DNA of 64,000 nucleotides from an uncultured Spirochaetales bacterium (GTDB taxonomy: Bacteria; Spirochaetota; Spirochaetia; DSM-27196; DATKUC01). Position numbers and translations under genes: made by a program. Each line of letters begins with the position of its first letter. The first letter of the stretch is position 1. Below, piece by piece: positions 8,114-16,474 of the stretch. The notes beneath the pieces are model-generated. The model was not told the DNA's origin and did not search any database. It worked only from the letters and a program-made list of their open reading frames with translations. Where the stretch lies: contig CAZKMA010000001.1 in NCBI GenBank assembly GCA_964553615.1, forward strand, positions 95,592-159,591, given 5' to 3'.

Positions 8114-8764
8114 ATGCTCGTGTTCCTGCTTGCGGCCATACCTCTGGCTTATATTACGGTTGTCATGCTTCTCGAGGCCCAATCAACGCCGACCCGTATC
8201 ACGGTCATGCCGTTGGTGAAGGGTGCGCTCAGCTACGCTTTGGTCGTTGTGGTCATGGCAATTATTTCCGGGCTTTTCCCGCTCAATTACCATCCGAAGG
8301 CGATCTACATACACTTTCTGATGGATCAAACTCTTTTGCCTACGGTGTTGATCGTTGCATTCTTCTTTCTTTTCAGTCGCGGTCTGTGGCATGAGACGAA
8401 GGTGGATCGGTTCATCGGACTCGTGGCGTTTTTTGCGGGATACTACACGGTGGCCGGTGTGGTCGACCTGTTTACGCATAGCTACTACTTCAGTTCCTAC
8501 CGCCTCTTTCTGGTTCCGGCCATGCGCCTGACGTTCATGATTCTGATTCCGAGCGGCATTGTTGCGTTTAATGAAGAGCCTCGGTTCATGCGGTATGTCT
8601 ACCTCATAGGCGCGGTTATCGGCCCGTTCATAGGCGCTGCGATTGCTATGCTGCACACGACGAATGCTGTTCCAATTGCATATTTCGCCGGAGCGGGATT
8701 TTTCGTCGTGGGAACGCTGGTGTCGTATGCGATGGTCAGATTGTACCTGCCGATTCGCGTTTAG
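8114..8764 (+). CDS. Hypothetical polytopic membrane protein
   Basis: 216 aa and almost entirely hydrophobic, with about 6-7 predicted TM segments by eye. I recognise no family. Confidence 0.6.
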   Translation: MLVFLLAAIPLAYITVVMLLEAQSTPTRITVMPLVKGALSYALVVVVMAIISGLFPLNYHPKAIYIHFLMDQTLLPTVLIVAFFFLFSRGLWHETKVDRFIGLVAFFAGYYTVAGVVDLFTHSYYFSSYRLFLVPAMRLTFMILIPSGIVAFNEEPRFMRYVYLIGAVIGPFIGAAIAMLHTTNAVPIAYFAGAGFFVVGTLVSYAMVRLYLPIRV

Positions 8765-9647
8765 GGGATCGACCTTCCGGTCAATCCTGCTCCTTCTCAT
8801 TTCAGCGGGAGTTCTGATCTCGTGTTCTTCCCGCCCGAGCCTCGTCGTCATGACCGATGCGCTCTATTCCGCAAGCCACGGGGCTGCGTCGCTCAATACA
8901 CAACTTGCGCCAATTGCGTCTGTCCACAAGCAGGATATTTCGGTAATCCGCGTGCCATTGAATGCAGGGACGGAGTTCTACGATAAGCTTGATCTTCGAT
9001 CTCCCGCCGGTTTCCTGCTCACACCCATTCTTGCACCGGATGCTCCGGCAATTGCCCGGCTGTATCCGTCGGCACGCATCGGAATCATTGGCGCTCCGGC
9101 CGCAGCGGCGAAGGGAAGGATTTCCGTCATTGAGTTCGACGATGCGGACGCGATGACACGAGTAGGCGAACATCTTGCAACCTTTGCTGCTGCGAAGGCG
9201 GTGCAGCGCAGTTCCGGCGAACAGCAGTCGCCAGTGCGGGTAGAAGTACTCTTTACAACTGAAAATGAAGTGGAGCGTACAAATCTTGCGGCCTTTCGCC
9301 GCGGAGCGACCGCCCACGCCGATCCCGGCGTCCGGTTTCAGTATGTGACTTTCAGTACGGTTCCGACGCGGGATCAGGTACGGGAAATCATTCTGCGGGG
9401 GAAAGGCGCCGTTGCTTTTGCATTCTTCACAGGGTCAATGGATGCCTACTGCATGGAACTCGTTGCTGGAGACAGTGCGAAAGTCGCGCTGAGCGGTTCC
9501 GCGGCAATAGAGGCCTATCCGGACCAATTGCTCTGTACCGTCGAAGAACCCCTTGCCACGGCGGTGGATGCGTTCCTGTCGGAGACCGGGCAGGTCATTC
9601 ATGCCCGCGCTCAGGTAGTCTGTCCTTCATACTCCACAATCCGGTAA
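8727..9647 (+). CDS. Hypothetical lipoprotein
   Basis: ORF 8643..9647. The most plausible start is ATG 8727, giving MRWSDCTCRFAFRGSTFRSILLLLISAGVLISC|SS (basic n-region, hydrophobic core, lipobox L-I-S-C). The start is uncertain and I recognise no family. Confidence 0.55.
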   Translation: MRWSDCTCRFAFRGSTFRSILLLLISAGVLISCSSRPSLVVMTDALYSASHGAASLNTQLAPIASVHKQDISVIRVPLNAGTEFYDKLDLRSPAGFLLTPILAPDAPAIARLYPSARIGIIGAPAAAAKGRISVIEFDDADAMTRVGEHLATFAAAKAVQRSSGEQQSPVRVEVLFTTENEVERTNLAAFRRGATAHADPGVRFQYVTFSTVPTRDQVREIILRGKGAVAFAFFTGSMDAYCMELVAGDSAKVALSGSAAIEAYPDQLLCTVEEPLATAVDAFLSETGQVIHARAQVVCPSYSTIR

Positions 9648-9660
9648 TAAATCGGACAGC

Positions 9661-9688
9661 TCAACTTTTGGCATGGAACTGCCGATAG
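9661..9688 (+). promoter_or_regulatory. Sigma-28-type box upstream of flaA
   Basis: TCAACTTTTGGCATGGAACTGCCGATAG, i.e. TCAA-N16-GCCGATAG. This is the third copy of the same box in the window. Confidence 0.55.
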
Positions 9689-9765
9689 TGAGAATGGTGT
9701 GCTGCGCGCGCTTTTCGAGGTTTCCGCAGTACGGGATTCGAGGTAAATTGTTTCTGGAAAACTGT

Positions 9766-9794
9766 TTGACAAAGGTTTTCTATGGAAATATAAT
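9766..9794 (+). promoter_or_regulatory. Consensus sigma-70 promoter for flaA
   Basis: TTGACA (9766-9771), a 17-nt spacer, then TATAAT (9789-9794). Both hexamers are perfect. It lies 50 nt upstream of ATG 9844, which has a GAAGGAG SD. Confidence 0.8.
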
Positions 9795-9843
9795 TCACCC
9801 TATCGTGAGTCAGTCTAAGTAGCGTCGAAGAAGGAGCACAGTA

Positions 9844-10581
9844 ATGAGACGAGGCGGTCTGCTCTCCATAAGCCTGTTAGCTGTTTTTTTGCTAGTAGCG
9901 AGTTCCGCAGTCTTTGCCGACGAGGTGACGCAGAATCTGCAATCAGTCATACTGGACAATTTCGCAGAACCGCAGCAACAGCAGTGGATCGTTACAGGCA
10001 GCAAATTCGCAGCCCAGGGGTTTCCCCAATCGGCTTTCGTCAAGACATGGCCGGATGCTCTGTTCCGAAAAGAACCGGCCGGAAAGGACCTTCGTTCGCT
10101 TGGTATTCACGCGAAGTTCGACCGCCTTGGCTACAACTACATCGAGATTATTCCTGCAAAGAAGGATCAGAACGGAACACTCGTTCCTGACCCGATTCAG
10201 ATACCCGGACGCCTGAAGAGTCTCGATGTCTGGATGTGGGGTTCATATCACAGCTACTACATGGAAGTGCAGCTTCGGGATTACCGCGGCATTGTGCACG
10301 TGTTGCGGCTCGGCACTCTTGATTTCCGCGGATGGCAGGATCTGAACGTCAATATTCCGAGCTCAATACCGCAGACCGTCACCTATATTCCCTCAACGAA
10401 GGGCCTCCACCTGGTCAAGTTTGTAATCTGGACACTGCCGAATCAGCCGGTGAATGATTTTTACACCTACATGAATCAGATCAAGATAATGACCGATACA
10501 TTCGAATCGCCGTGGGACGGTGAGACACTGGCCAATCCAAGTTATGTAGACAAACTCTGGTCGGACGCGAAGGGCAAGTAA
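9844..10581 (+). CDS. flaA: Flagellar filament outer-layer (sheath) protein FlaA, paralogue 1
   Basis: Signal peptide MRRGGLLSISLLAVFLLVASSAVFA|DE. The core SLDVWMWGSYHSYYMEVQLRDYRGIVHVLRLGTLDFRGWQDL matches the FlaA pattern (Brachyspira FlaA: [40 protein letters not shown]). Confidence 0.8.
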   Translation: MRRGGLLSISLLAVFLLVASSAVFADEVTQNLQSVILDNFAEPQQQQWIVTGSKFAAQGFPQSAFVKTWPDALFRKEPAGKDLRSLGIHAKFDRLGYNYIEIIPAKKDQNGTLVPDPIQIPGRLKSLDVWMWGSYHSYYMEVQLRDYRGIVHVLRLGTLDFRGWQDLNVNIPSSIPQTVTYIPSTKGLHLVKFVIWTLPNQPVNDFYTYMNQIKIMTDTFESPWDGETLANPSYVDKLWSDAKGK

Positions 10582-10593
10582 ACAGGAGAGTAT

Positions 10594-11301
10594 GTGATGA
10601 AGAAGGCTGGTCTTGTAGGTCTGATAATTTTTGTTCTGTCAATTCCTCTGTTTGCCCAGGCCACCGCGGCGCCCAATCCGGCGACACTCGGAACAGATAC
10701 CGCACAGCAGGACCTCAAGGAAATCTCGGTTTCCAAATTTGAAGACCCTGGAATGTGGAAGGTTTCGATGCCGATCGATCAGGGCGTTGTGGAGAGCAGG
10801 CGTTTTGCCGGGGCTCCTGCGGATCGGAAGCCCATCCCGGATGAACAGAAGCTCGGCATAGCCGGAGAAGACAAGTATGTGCTGGGCGTCAAGGCTCAGT
10901 ACTTTGGCCGTGCCAACACACAGATCTATGTGCAGCCAATACGGCCCCTCGCTGTTCCCGGAATAACGAAAACCATTTCTGTCTGGGTGGCAGGAAGAAA
11001 CTACACCCATGAACTGAAACTGGTTGTAGAGGATCAGTTCGGTAACATCGATGTGATCAGCATGGGAAGAATGAACTTCACGGGTTGGCGGAAGATGACT
11101 GTGGCCATTCCTCCGAATATTGATCAGAACAACATTCATTATCCCGGGAGAAGCGGACTCAATATCATGGGATTCATTATAGATCCGAGTCTCCTGGAGA
11201 CATACGGAACATACTATGTCTACTTTGATGATCTTCGTGCCGTGACCGACCTTTATGCACAGCAGAGCCGCGAAAAGGATGATATTCCCGACACATGGTG
11301 A
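10594..11301 (+). CDS. flaA: Flagellar filament outer-layer (sheath) protein FlaA, paralogue 2
   Basis: Signal peptide MMKKAGLVGLIIFVLSIPLFAQA. The core ISVWVAGRNYTHELKLVVEDQFGNIDVISMGRMNFTGWRKM matches FlaA. The start is GTG 10594 or ATG 10597, after AGGAG. Confidence 0.82.
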   Translation: MMKKAGLVGLIIFVLSIPLFAQATAAPNPATLGTDTAQQDLKEISVSKFEDPGMWKVSMPIDQGVVESRRFAGAPADRKPIPDEQKLGIAGEDKYVLGVKAQYFGRANTQIYVQPIRPLAVPGITKTISVWVAGRNYTHELKLVVEDQFGNIDVISMGRMNFTGWRKMTVAIPPNIDQNNIHYPGRSGLNIMGFIIDPSLLETYGTYYVYFDDLRAVTDLYAQQSREKDDIPDTW

Positions 11302-11341
11302 CAAGTCCTATGTTCCGCTATATTTTCTTCGGGAGCATGCA

Positions 11342-11375
11342 AGAGTCCTCACATTCAGATGAGGACTCTTTTTTT
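11342..11375 (+). terminator. Rho-independent terminator after flaA-2
   Basis: Perfect 10-bp stem AGAGTCCTCA (11342-11351) / TGAGGACTCT (11360-11369), an 8-nt loop, then a T6 run. Confidence 0.85.
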
Positions 11376-11383
11376 GCAGGGCT

Positions 11384-12556
11384 ATGCTGACACCTCATTT
11401 CAAGTTTCTTCGCAGTGCATATTTCTTCCAGGACCTTACGGATGCAGAAATACAGACAATTGCCGAACTGTCCCGGGAAGAGTCCTATACTGCGGGAGAC
11501 GTAATCTTTCGGGAGACTTCCCGAGCGGACAAATTCTACATAGTCCTCGACGGAAAGGTGGAGGTCTGGAAGGACTATGATTCGATCCACAGAGATATCC
11601 TGGCAGTACACGGCGAGGGGCACCTTTTCGGAGAGATGGCGCTCATAGACGATCTTCCCCGAAGCGCAACGATCGTAGCGAGAACGGGTGTTCGCGTACT
11701 TTTCCTCTATCGGGACGACTTCATTCGTGTACTTCGAACGAACGCAAACGTGGCCCTGTCGTTGTTACGCTCTCTCTCGGCCATGGTGCGAAAAAGCAAC
11801 GACACATTCATCGAAGACCTTCGGAGCAGGAACCTGGAGCTTGAAGAAGCAAATCGACAGCTGCGGGAGGCTCAGGAAGAACTGCTGCGCGCGGAACGGC
11901 TCTCGAACCTGGGCAAGTTCTCTTCGCTCATTCTTCACGACATCCGCAATCCCATTTCCATTGTCAAGAGTTACGGAGAGATGCTGCTCATGAGTGCGGA
12001 CGATCCTGAAAAGCGGGATCTGTACGCGCGGAACATAATCCGTGAGGCCGAAAGGCTGAACTTCATTGCAAGCGAGCTTCTGGACTATTCGCGGGGCGAG
12101 ATACGACTGAACATGTCCATTGTCACAATGGGCGATTTTCTCGAAAAGCTTCGCCGCTATCTGTCGGACCGTTTCGCGTCCCGAAATCTCCGGATAGTCT
12201 TCCATTCGACCGTTACGGCACCGGTTATTTTCGATGAGGAACGCATGCTTCGCGTGCTCATCAACCTTTCGGACAACGCACGGAAGGCAATGTCCCCCGG
12301 CGGCACGCTCACGGTGGACGTGGGACACTCCAATGATCTGCTGACATTTGCAGTCCGGGATACAGGGGAAGGGATGCCACCGGAAATTCTGAAGCGAATT
12401 TTCGAGCCGTTCTTTTCTTCATCCAGGGACGGAGGAACCGGGTTGGGAATGGTCATAGTCAAGAACATCGTCGAGGCGCATCACGGGAGTCTCGACGTGG
12501 AAAGCGGGAAGGGCACGGGAACTGTCGTGCACATCCGCTTGCCCCTCCGCGGCTAA
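11384..12556 (+). CDS. Cyclic-nucleotide-binding-domain sensor histidine kinase (cNMP-HisKA-HATPase)
   Basis: The N-terminus FFQDLTDAEIQTIA...GDVIFRETSRADKFYIVLDGKVEV...LFGEMALIDDLPRSATIVA is a CAP/cNMP-binding fold. It continues with a coiled coil, the H-box SSLILHDIRNPIS, then N/G boxes (LSDNARKAM, RDTGEGMPPE, GGTGLGM). Confidence 0.85.
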   Translation: MLTPHFKFLRSAYFFQDLTDAEIQTIAELSREESYTAGDVIFRETSRADKFYIVLDGKVEVWKDYDSIHRDILAVHGEGHLFGEMALIDDLPRSATIVARTGVRVLFLYRDDFIRVLRTNANVALSLLRSLSAMVRKSNDTFIEDLRSRNLELEEANRQLREAQEELLRAERLSNLGKFSSLILHDIRNPISIVKSYGEMLLMSADDPEKRDLYARNIIREAERLNFIASELLDYSRGEIRLNMSIVTMGDFLEKLRRYLSDRFASRNLRIVFHSTVTAPVIFDEERMLRVLINLSDNARKAMSPGGTLTVDVGHSNDLLTFAVRDTGEGMPPEILKRIFEPFFSSSRDGGTGLGMVIVKNIVEAHHGSLDVESGKGTGTVVHIRLPLRG

Positions 12557-13101
12557 AATACTTTCATTGCACGGGAAACGAGCCCGTGGCCTATTTCTAC
12601 CGCTTCCAGTTTTCCACGGTTTGCCTCGGCACCAAAACGGTCAACCACCACCTGTCGTATTGCATCGATCCTTATGAAATCAACCAGACTCGCAAGCGCT
12701 CCGAGCAGTGCAAGATTGAGATTCCGGTCATCGCCCTGTGTATTGAGGACGGTATCATGCAGAGGCAATTCGACGCAGCGTGCGTTCAAGCTCTGTCTTC
12801 GGTGGACGAAATGCTGGTCAAGGACCACAAAGCCCCCCGGCCTGACGATCCATGAATATTTGTCAAACGAGAGCTGGCTCAGACATATGAGCACATCCGG
12901 CTCGACTACCTTGGGGAACTTGATTTCCTCGGAAGATATGATGACGTCCGCCCGTGCAGCTCCGCCACGTGCCTCGGCGCCGTAGGTCTGCGTCTGGACC
13001 GCGTTCAATTGTTCGTAGTATATTGCCGCCTCTGCAAGGAGGATTGCGGCGGTGATGACCCCCTGTCCGCCGGTGCCGGAGAAGACAAATCGGCTGATCA
13101 T
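12553..13101 (-). CDS. korG: 2-oxoacid:ferredoxin oxidoreductase, gamma subunit
   Basis: ORF trimmed to ATG 13101 (ATGA overlap with the beta-subunit stop). MISRFVFSGTGGQGVITAAILLAEAA...QTYGAEARGGAARADVIIS is the typical gamma subunit. Confidence 0.85.
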   Translation of the reverse strand: MISRFVFSGTGGQGVITAAILLAEAAIYYEQLNAVQTQTYGAEARGGAARADVIISSEEIKFPKVVEPDVLICLSQLSFDKYSWIVRPGGFVVLDQHFVHRRQSLNARCVELPLHDTVLNTQGDDRNLNLALLGALASLVDFIRIDAIRQVVVDRFGAEANRGKLEAVEIGHGLVSRAMKVF

Positions 13102-13943
13102 TCCTGTTGTCCCCCGTTTGTGCCTGCGAGTTTCGCTGCTGCCCGCTCCATGACTGACGCGTACGCATCGGTGTACTCGGTTCGTTCGATGTCCACGAAC
13201 ACGCCTATCGGAGTCTTGCCGTCCGTGCCGGTGAACTCCGCCGTGGGAACGTCGTCCTTTCGGACAGGAATAGTGTTGTCCCGATACCATTGCATCATTG
13301 CGACAGCATCTCCCTTGCCGTTCTTGCGCCCGTAGTAGGTGGGACACTGCGACAGCACCTCCACCACCGAAAATCCGTGGTGAGCAATGGCCCGTTTGAG
13401 AATGCCTGTGAGTGCCTGCGCGTGATAGGTCGTCGATCTCGCAATGAATGTAGCTCCTGCCGCCCTCGAAAGCTCTACCGCATCAAACGGGCGGTCGAGA
13501 TTACCGTATGGCGCCGTCGTGGCGTAATCTCCGCACGCGGTCATGGGCGAGTACTGTCCACCGGTCATGCCGTAGACCGAGTTGTTCATTATGATTGCAG
13601 TCATGTCGATGTTTCGCCTTGCGGCATGAATGAAGTGGTTTCCGCCGATTGCAAGCGCATCTCCGTCTCCCATTGGAACTATGATTGAGAGTTCAGGCCG
13701 GGCAAGTTTGACGCCGGTTGCAAAGGCGAGAGCCCGTCCGTGCAAGGTGTGGAGTGTATGAAAGTCTGCGTATCCTTCAATACGCGCGGAGCAGCCGATC
13801 CCCGAGACCATTACAATGTTGTTCTTTTCGATTGCCAGCTGTTCCACTGCACGCAGGAGACTGTTCAGAACAATGCCATGGCCGCAGCCCGGACACCAGA
13901 TGTGGGGCATGAATCGAGTTCGCAGATAGTCGGTGACCGGCAT
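13098..13943 (-). CDS. korB: 2-oxoacid:ferredoxin oxidoreductase, beta (TPP-binding) subunit
   Basis: WCPGCGHGIVLNSLLRAV...GIGCS...GDGDALAIGGNHFIHAARRNIDM. The start is taken at MPVTDYL (13943), directly after the alpha-subunit stop. Confidence 0.88.
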   Translation of the reverse strand: MPVTDYLRTRFMPHIWCPGCGHGIVLNSLLRAVEQLAIEKNNIVMVSGIGCSARIEGYADFHTLHTLHGRALAFATGVKLARPELSIIVPMGDGDALAIGGNHFIHAARRNIDMTAIIMNNSVYGMTGGQYSPMTACGDYATTAPYGNLDRPFDAVELSRAAGATFIARSTTYHAQALTGILKRAIAHHGFSVVEVLSQCPTYYGRKNGKGDAVAMMQWYRDNTIPVRKDDVPTAEFTGTDGKTPIGVFVDIERTEYTDAYASVMERAAAKLAGTNGGQQE

Positions 13944-13944
13944 G

Positions 13945-15132
13945 TCAGACCCCCTTCCCCTGAACGATCCGGATGACATTCTTGATATCCGACGGCGTTA
14001 TCATGTTGCCATCCACCCGGTTGGCGAGGAAGACTCTCTGCGGTTCATCCACTGCAGCCATAACCTCCCGGACGACCTGACCCATGTTCATCTCTACTAC
14101 AATGATGTAATGTGCGTTCCGACATTTTTCCCGGACGAGCTCGTCGGGAAACGGCCAAATCGTCTGAAGTTCGAGCAGCCCGATGCGCATGCCGACCGCG
14201 CGTCGGTTTTCCATGATGTGGAGGGCACTGCGTGCGGATGAGCCGTATGAAACGAGAACGACGTCCGCATCATCGAGGTAATATTCCTTGTGCCGGACCA
14301 GGAACTCCTTTCGGTTCTCTATCTTGTTGTTCAGGTGATGGATCAAGTCATTTGCCACGTCAGGCTTATCCGAGGGAAACCCCCACATGTCATGGACCAG
14401 CCCGGTAACATTGTACCGGTGGACGCCGCCGAAGTCGGACATTGGCAGCCGCCCGTCCTCCCGCGGAAAATAGGGATGATAATCAACGCCCTTCGGAACG
14501 GATGTCGACAGACGTTCGGTGAGCTCGATTGCCCCGGGTTCCGGCAGGCGGATCTTTTCCCTCATGTGGCCGAGCACCTCGTCCATCAGCACTATAACGG
14601 GCGTCCTGAAGATCTCCGAAGAGTTGAATGCGTGCACGACCATTTCGAAGAGGTCCTGATGGTTGCTTGCGGTTACCGCAACGATTGCATGATCACCATG
14701 GGTTCCCCATCGTGCCTGCATGACGTCACCCTGACTCGCCCGAGTTGGAAGACCGGTTGACGGGCCACCGCGCTGAACATTTACGATGACGCAGGGAATT
14801 TCGGCCATGACTGCGAATCCGACAGCCTCCTGCATCAGAGAAAAGCCGGGACCGCTGGTAGAAGTCATTGACTTCAGTCCTGTCAGGGAGGCGCCTATTA
14901 CCGAGCAGAGACTCGAGATCTCGTCTTCCATCTGGATAAATCGTCCACCGACGGACGGAAGTCGTTCGGAAAGGATCTCGGCGATTTCGGTGGACGGAGT
15001 TATCGGATAGCCGGCAAAAAAACGGAGACCCGCGTACATGGCCGCCTGGGCGCACACCTCGTTTCCCTGCATGAAACGGAAATCGGCGTGAGCGCTGCGC
15101 TTGGCGTAGGTTTGAGGTTCAGTTGTACTCAT
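13945..15132 (-). CDS. korA: 2-oxoacid:ferredoxin oxidoreductase, alpha subunit
   Basis: FMQGNEVCAQAAMYAGLRFFAGYPITPSTEIAE...MEDEISS...TSGPGFSLMQEA is the canonical KorA/VorA N-domain. Confidence 0.9.
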   Translation of the reverse strand: MSTTEPQTYAKRSAHADFRFMQGNEVCAQAAMYAGLRFFAGYPITPSTEIAEILSERLPSVGGRFIQMEDEISSLCSVIGASLTGLKSMTSTSGPGFSLMQEAVGFAVMAEIPCVIVNVQRGGPSTGLPTRASQGDVMQARWGTHGDHAIVAVTASNHQDLFEMVVHAFNSSEIFRTPVIVLMDEVLGHMREKIRLPEPGAIELTERLSTSVPKGVDYHPYFPREDGRLPMSDFGGVHRYNVTGLVHDMWGFPSDKPDVANDLIHHLNNKIENRKEFLVRHKEYYLDDADVVLVSYGSSARSALHIMENRRAVGMRIGLLELQTIWPFPDELVREKCRNAHYIIVVEMNMGQVVREVMAAVDEPQRVFLANRVDGNMITPSDIKNVIRIVQGKGV

Positions 15133-15385
15133 GTCGGATATTCTCCCGTGAAGATTCGTCGAAAACGGGGTCGGAAATCAGCCCGGGCATGGTGGTAATG
15201 GAAATTGCCAGATCGGGACATCGCAGCTCGCAGAGCTTGCAGAATGTGCAGTCGTCCGGTCGAACCGCTACCGCCTTGTCTTCGGTGTCAAGTTCAAGAA
15301 CATGCTGCGGGCAGAACGCAACGCAGATATTGCACCCTTTGCACCAGTTCCTGTTGATAACAAGAGACTTGGATTGAGTTGCCAT
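15119..15385 (-). CDS. korD: 2-oxoacid:ferredoxin oxidoreductase, delta (2x[4Fe-4S] ferredoxin) subunit
   Basis: 88 aa with CKGCNICVAFCP and CTFCKLCELRCP cluster motifs. It overlaps the korA start. Confidence 0.85.
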   Translation of the reverse strand: MATQSKSLVINRNWCKGCNICVAFCPQHVLELDTEDKAVAVRPDDCTFCKLCELRCPDLAISITTMPGLISDPVFDESSRENIRHEYN

Positions 15386-15456
15386 AATGATGTGGATCCT
15401 TTGCAGTAATTATAGCACGATGCCAATTCGACGCAATGGCAATGTTGTCTGCCGTT

Positions 15457-16251
15457 TCAGAACTTTGAGCCGAACAGTGCATTGAAGTTGAGCCTGACCT
15501 GTTCGGCGAGAGCCGGAACCGGTACCCCCCGTTCGGCTGCAACTCGTTCGTACGTGTGCCCGATGAGGCCCGGATGGTTCGTCCTGCCTCGCAACGGGTG
15601 CGGTGCAAGATAGGGCGCATCCGTCTCGAGGAGAATCCGGTCGGCAGGCACGAATCTCATGGATCGGCGAAGATCTTCGGCATTCTTGAAGGTGACATTT
15701 CCGGCGAAGGACAGGAAGAATCCGGCGTCGAGACAGTTCCGCGCAAACGGGATGTCTCCGGCAAAGCAGTGCATGACACCGCCTGCGGTGGGATCGACGG
15801 CCCGGATTGCCGCGAGAATTTCTTCGTCGGCATTGCGGTTATGAATGATGACCGGAAGCTCCCGGCCGCGGGCAATCTCCAGTTGGAGTCGAAACAGTTC
15901 CTGCTGACGATCAGGCGTGGCGTAGTTTCTGTGGAAGTCCAGACCAATCTCCCCAACTGCGACGACGCGCTCTGCATCCAGTGCAATATCGAGATCGCGC
16001 ACAGCCGTCTCAAAGTCGTCACGCTCCGCTTCGGATGGGTAGAGCCCCTCGGCACGCAGGACGGCAGCGAATGGTTCGGCAAGGCGTGTTCGTTCCCCAT
16101 GGTCTTCCAGATTCACACCGACATCGATAATTGCGGTCATGCCCGCTGCGAAACAGCGTTCGAGCAGCTCGGGTACATTCAACCCCTTATCTGCAATGTG
16201 CTGAAGGTGGGTGTGGGAATCGATGGTTCCTGCGAGTGTTGGTTCTGCCAT
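15457..16251 (-). CDS. tatD: TatD-family metal-dependent hydrolase
   Basis: IDSHTHL near the N-terminus, then GEIGLDF, PVIIHNRNA, GVMHCFAG and LLETDAPYL, all TatD motifs. GGAGG SD. Confidence 0.9.
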   Translation of the reverse strand: MAEPTLAGTIDSHTHLQHIADKGLNVPELLERCFAAGMTAIIDVGVNLEDHGERTRLAEPFAAVLRAEGLYPSEAERDDFETAVRDLDIALDAERVVAVGEIGLDFHRNYATPDRQQELFRLQLEIARGRELPVIIHNRNADEEILAAIRAVDPTAGGVMHCFAGDIPFARNCLDAGFFLSFAGNVTFKNAEDLRRSMRFVPADRILLETDAPYLAPHPLRGRTNHPGLIGHTYERVAAERGVPVPALAEQVRLNFNALFGSKF

Positions 16252-16330
16252 TGGCCGCCTCCGGGAGATCCTGAAGGTATGGTTGCACGAGAAATAGAAC
16301 TGAGCAACCCTCGGGAAAAAGAACCCGCGC

Positions 16331-16359
16331 TTGACCGCTGTGGGCGGCGCTGGTACGAT
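16331..16359 (+). promoter_or_regulatory. Sigma-70-type promoter for tRNA-Leu
   Basis: TTGACC (16331-16336), 17 nt, TACGAT (16354-16359), with 9 nt before the first tRNA nucleotide. Confidence 0.6.
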
Positions 16360-16368
16360 GGGCAGAAT

Positions 16369-16453
16369 GCCGGAGTGGTGGAATGGTAGACACAGGGGAC
16401 TTAAAATCCCCTTCGCCGTAAGGCGAGTACGGGTTCAAGTCCCGTCTCCGGTA
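16369..16453 (+). tRNA. tRNA-Leu (anticodon UAA), class II with a long variable arm; CCA not encoded
   Basis: GCCGGAGTGGTGGAATGGTAGACACAGGGGACTTAAAATCCCCTTCGCCGTAAGGCGAGTACGGGTTCAAGTCCCGTCTCCGGTA. It is near-collinear with E. coli tRNA-Leu(UAA). The anticodon loop is CTTAAAA and the T-arm is GGGTTCAAGTCCC. Confidence 0.92.
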
Positions 16454-16474
16454 GAAGAGCCAAGGGTCGAATTG

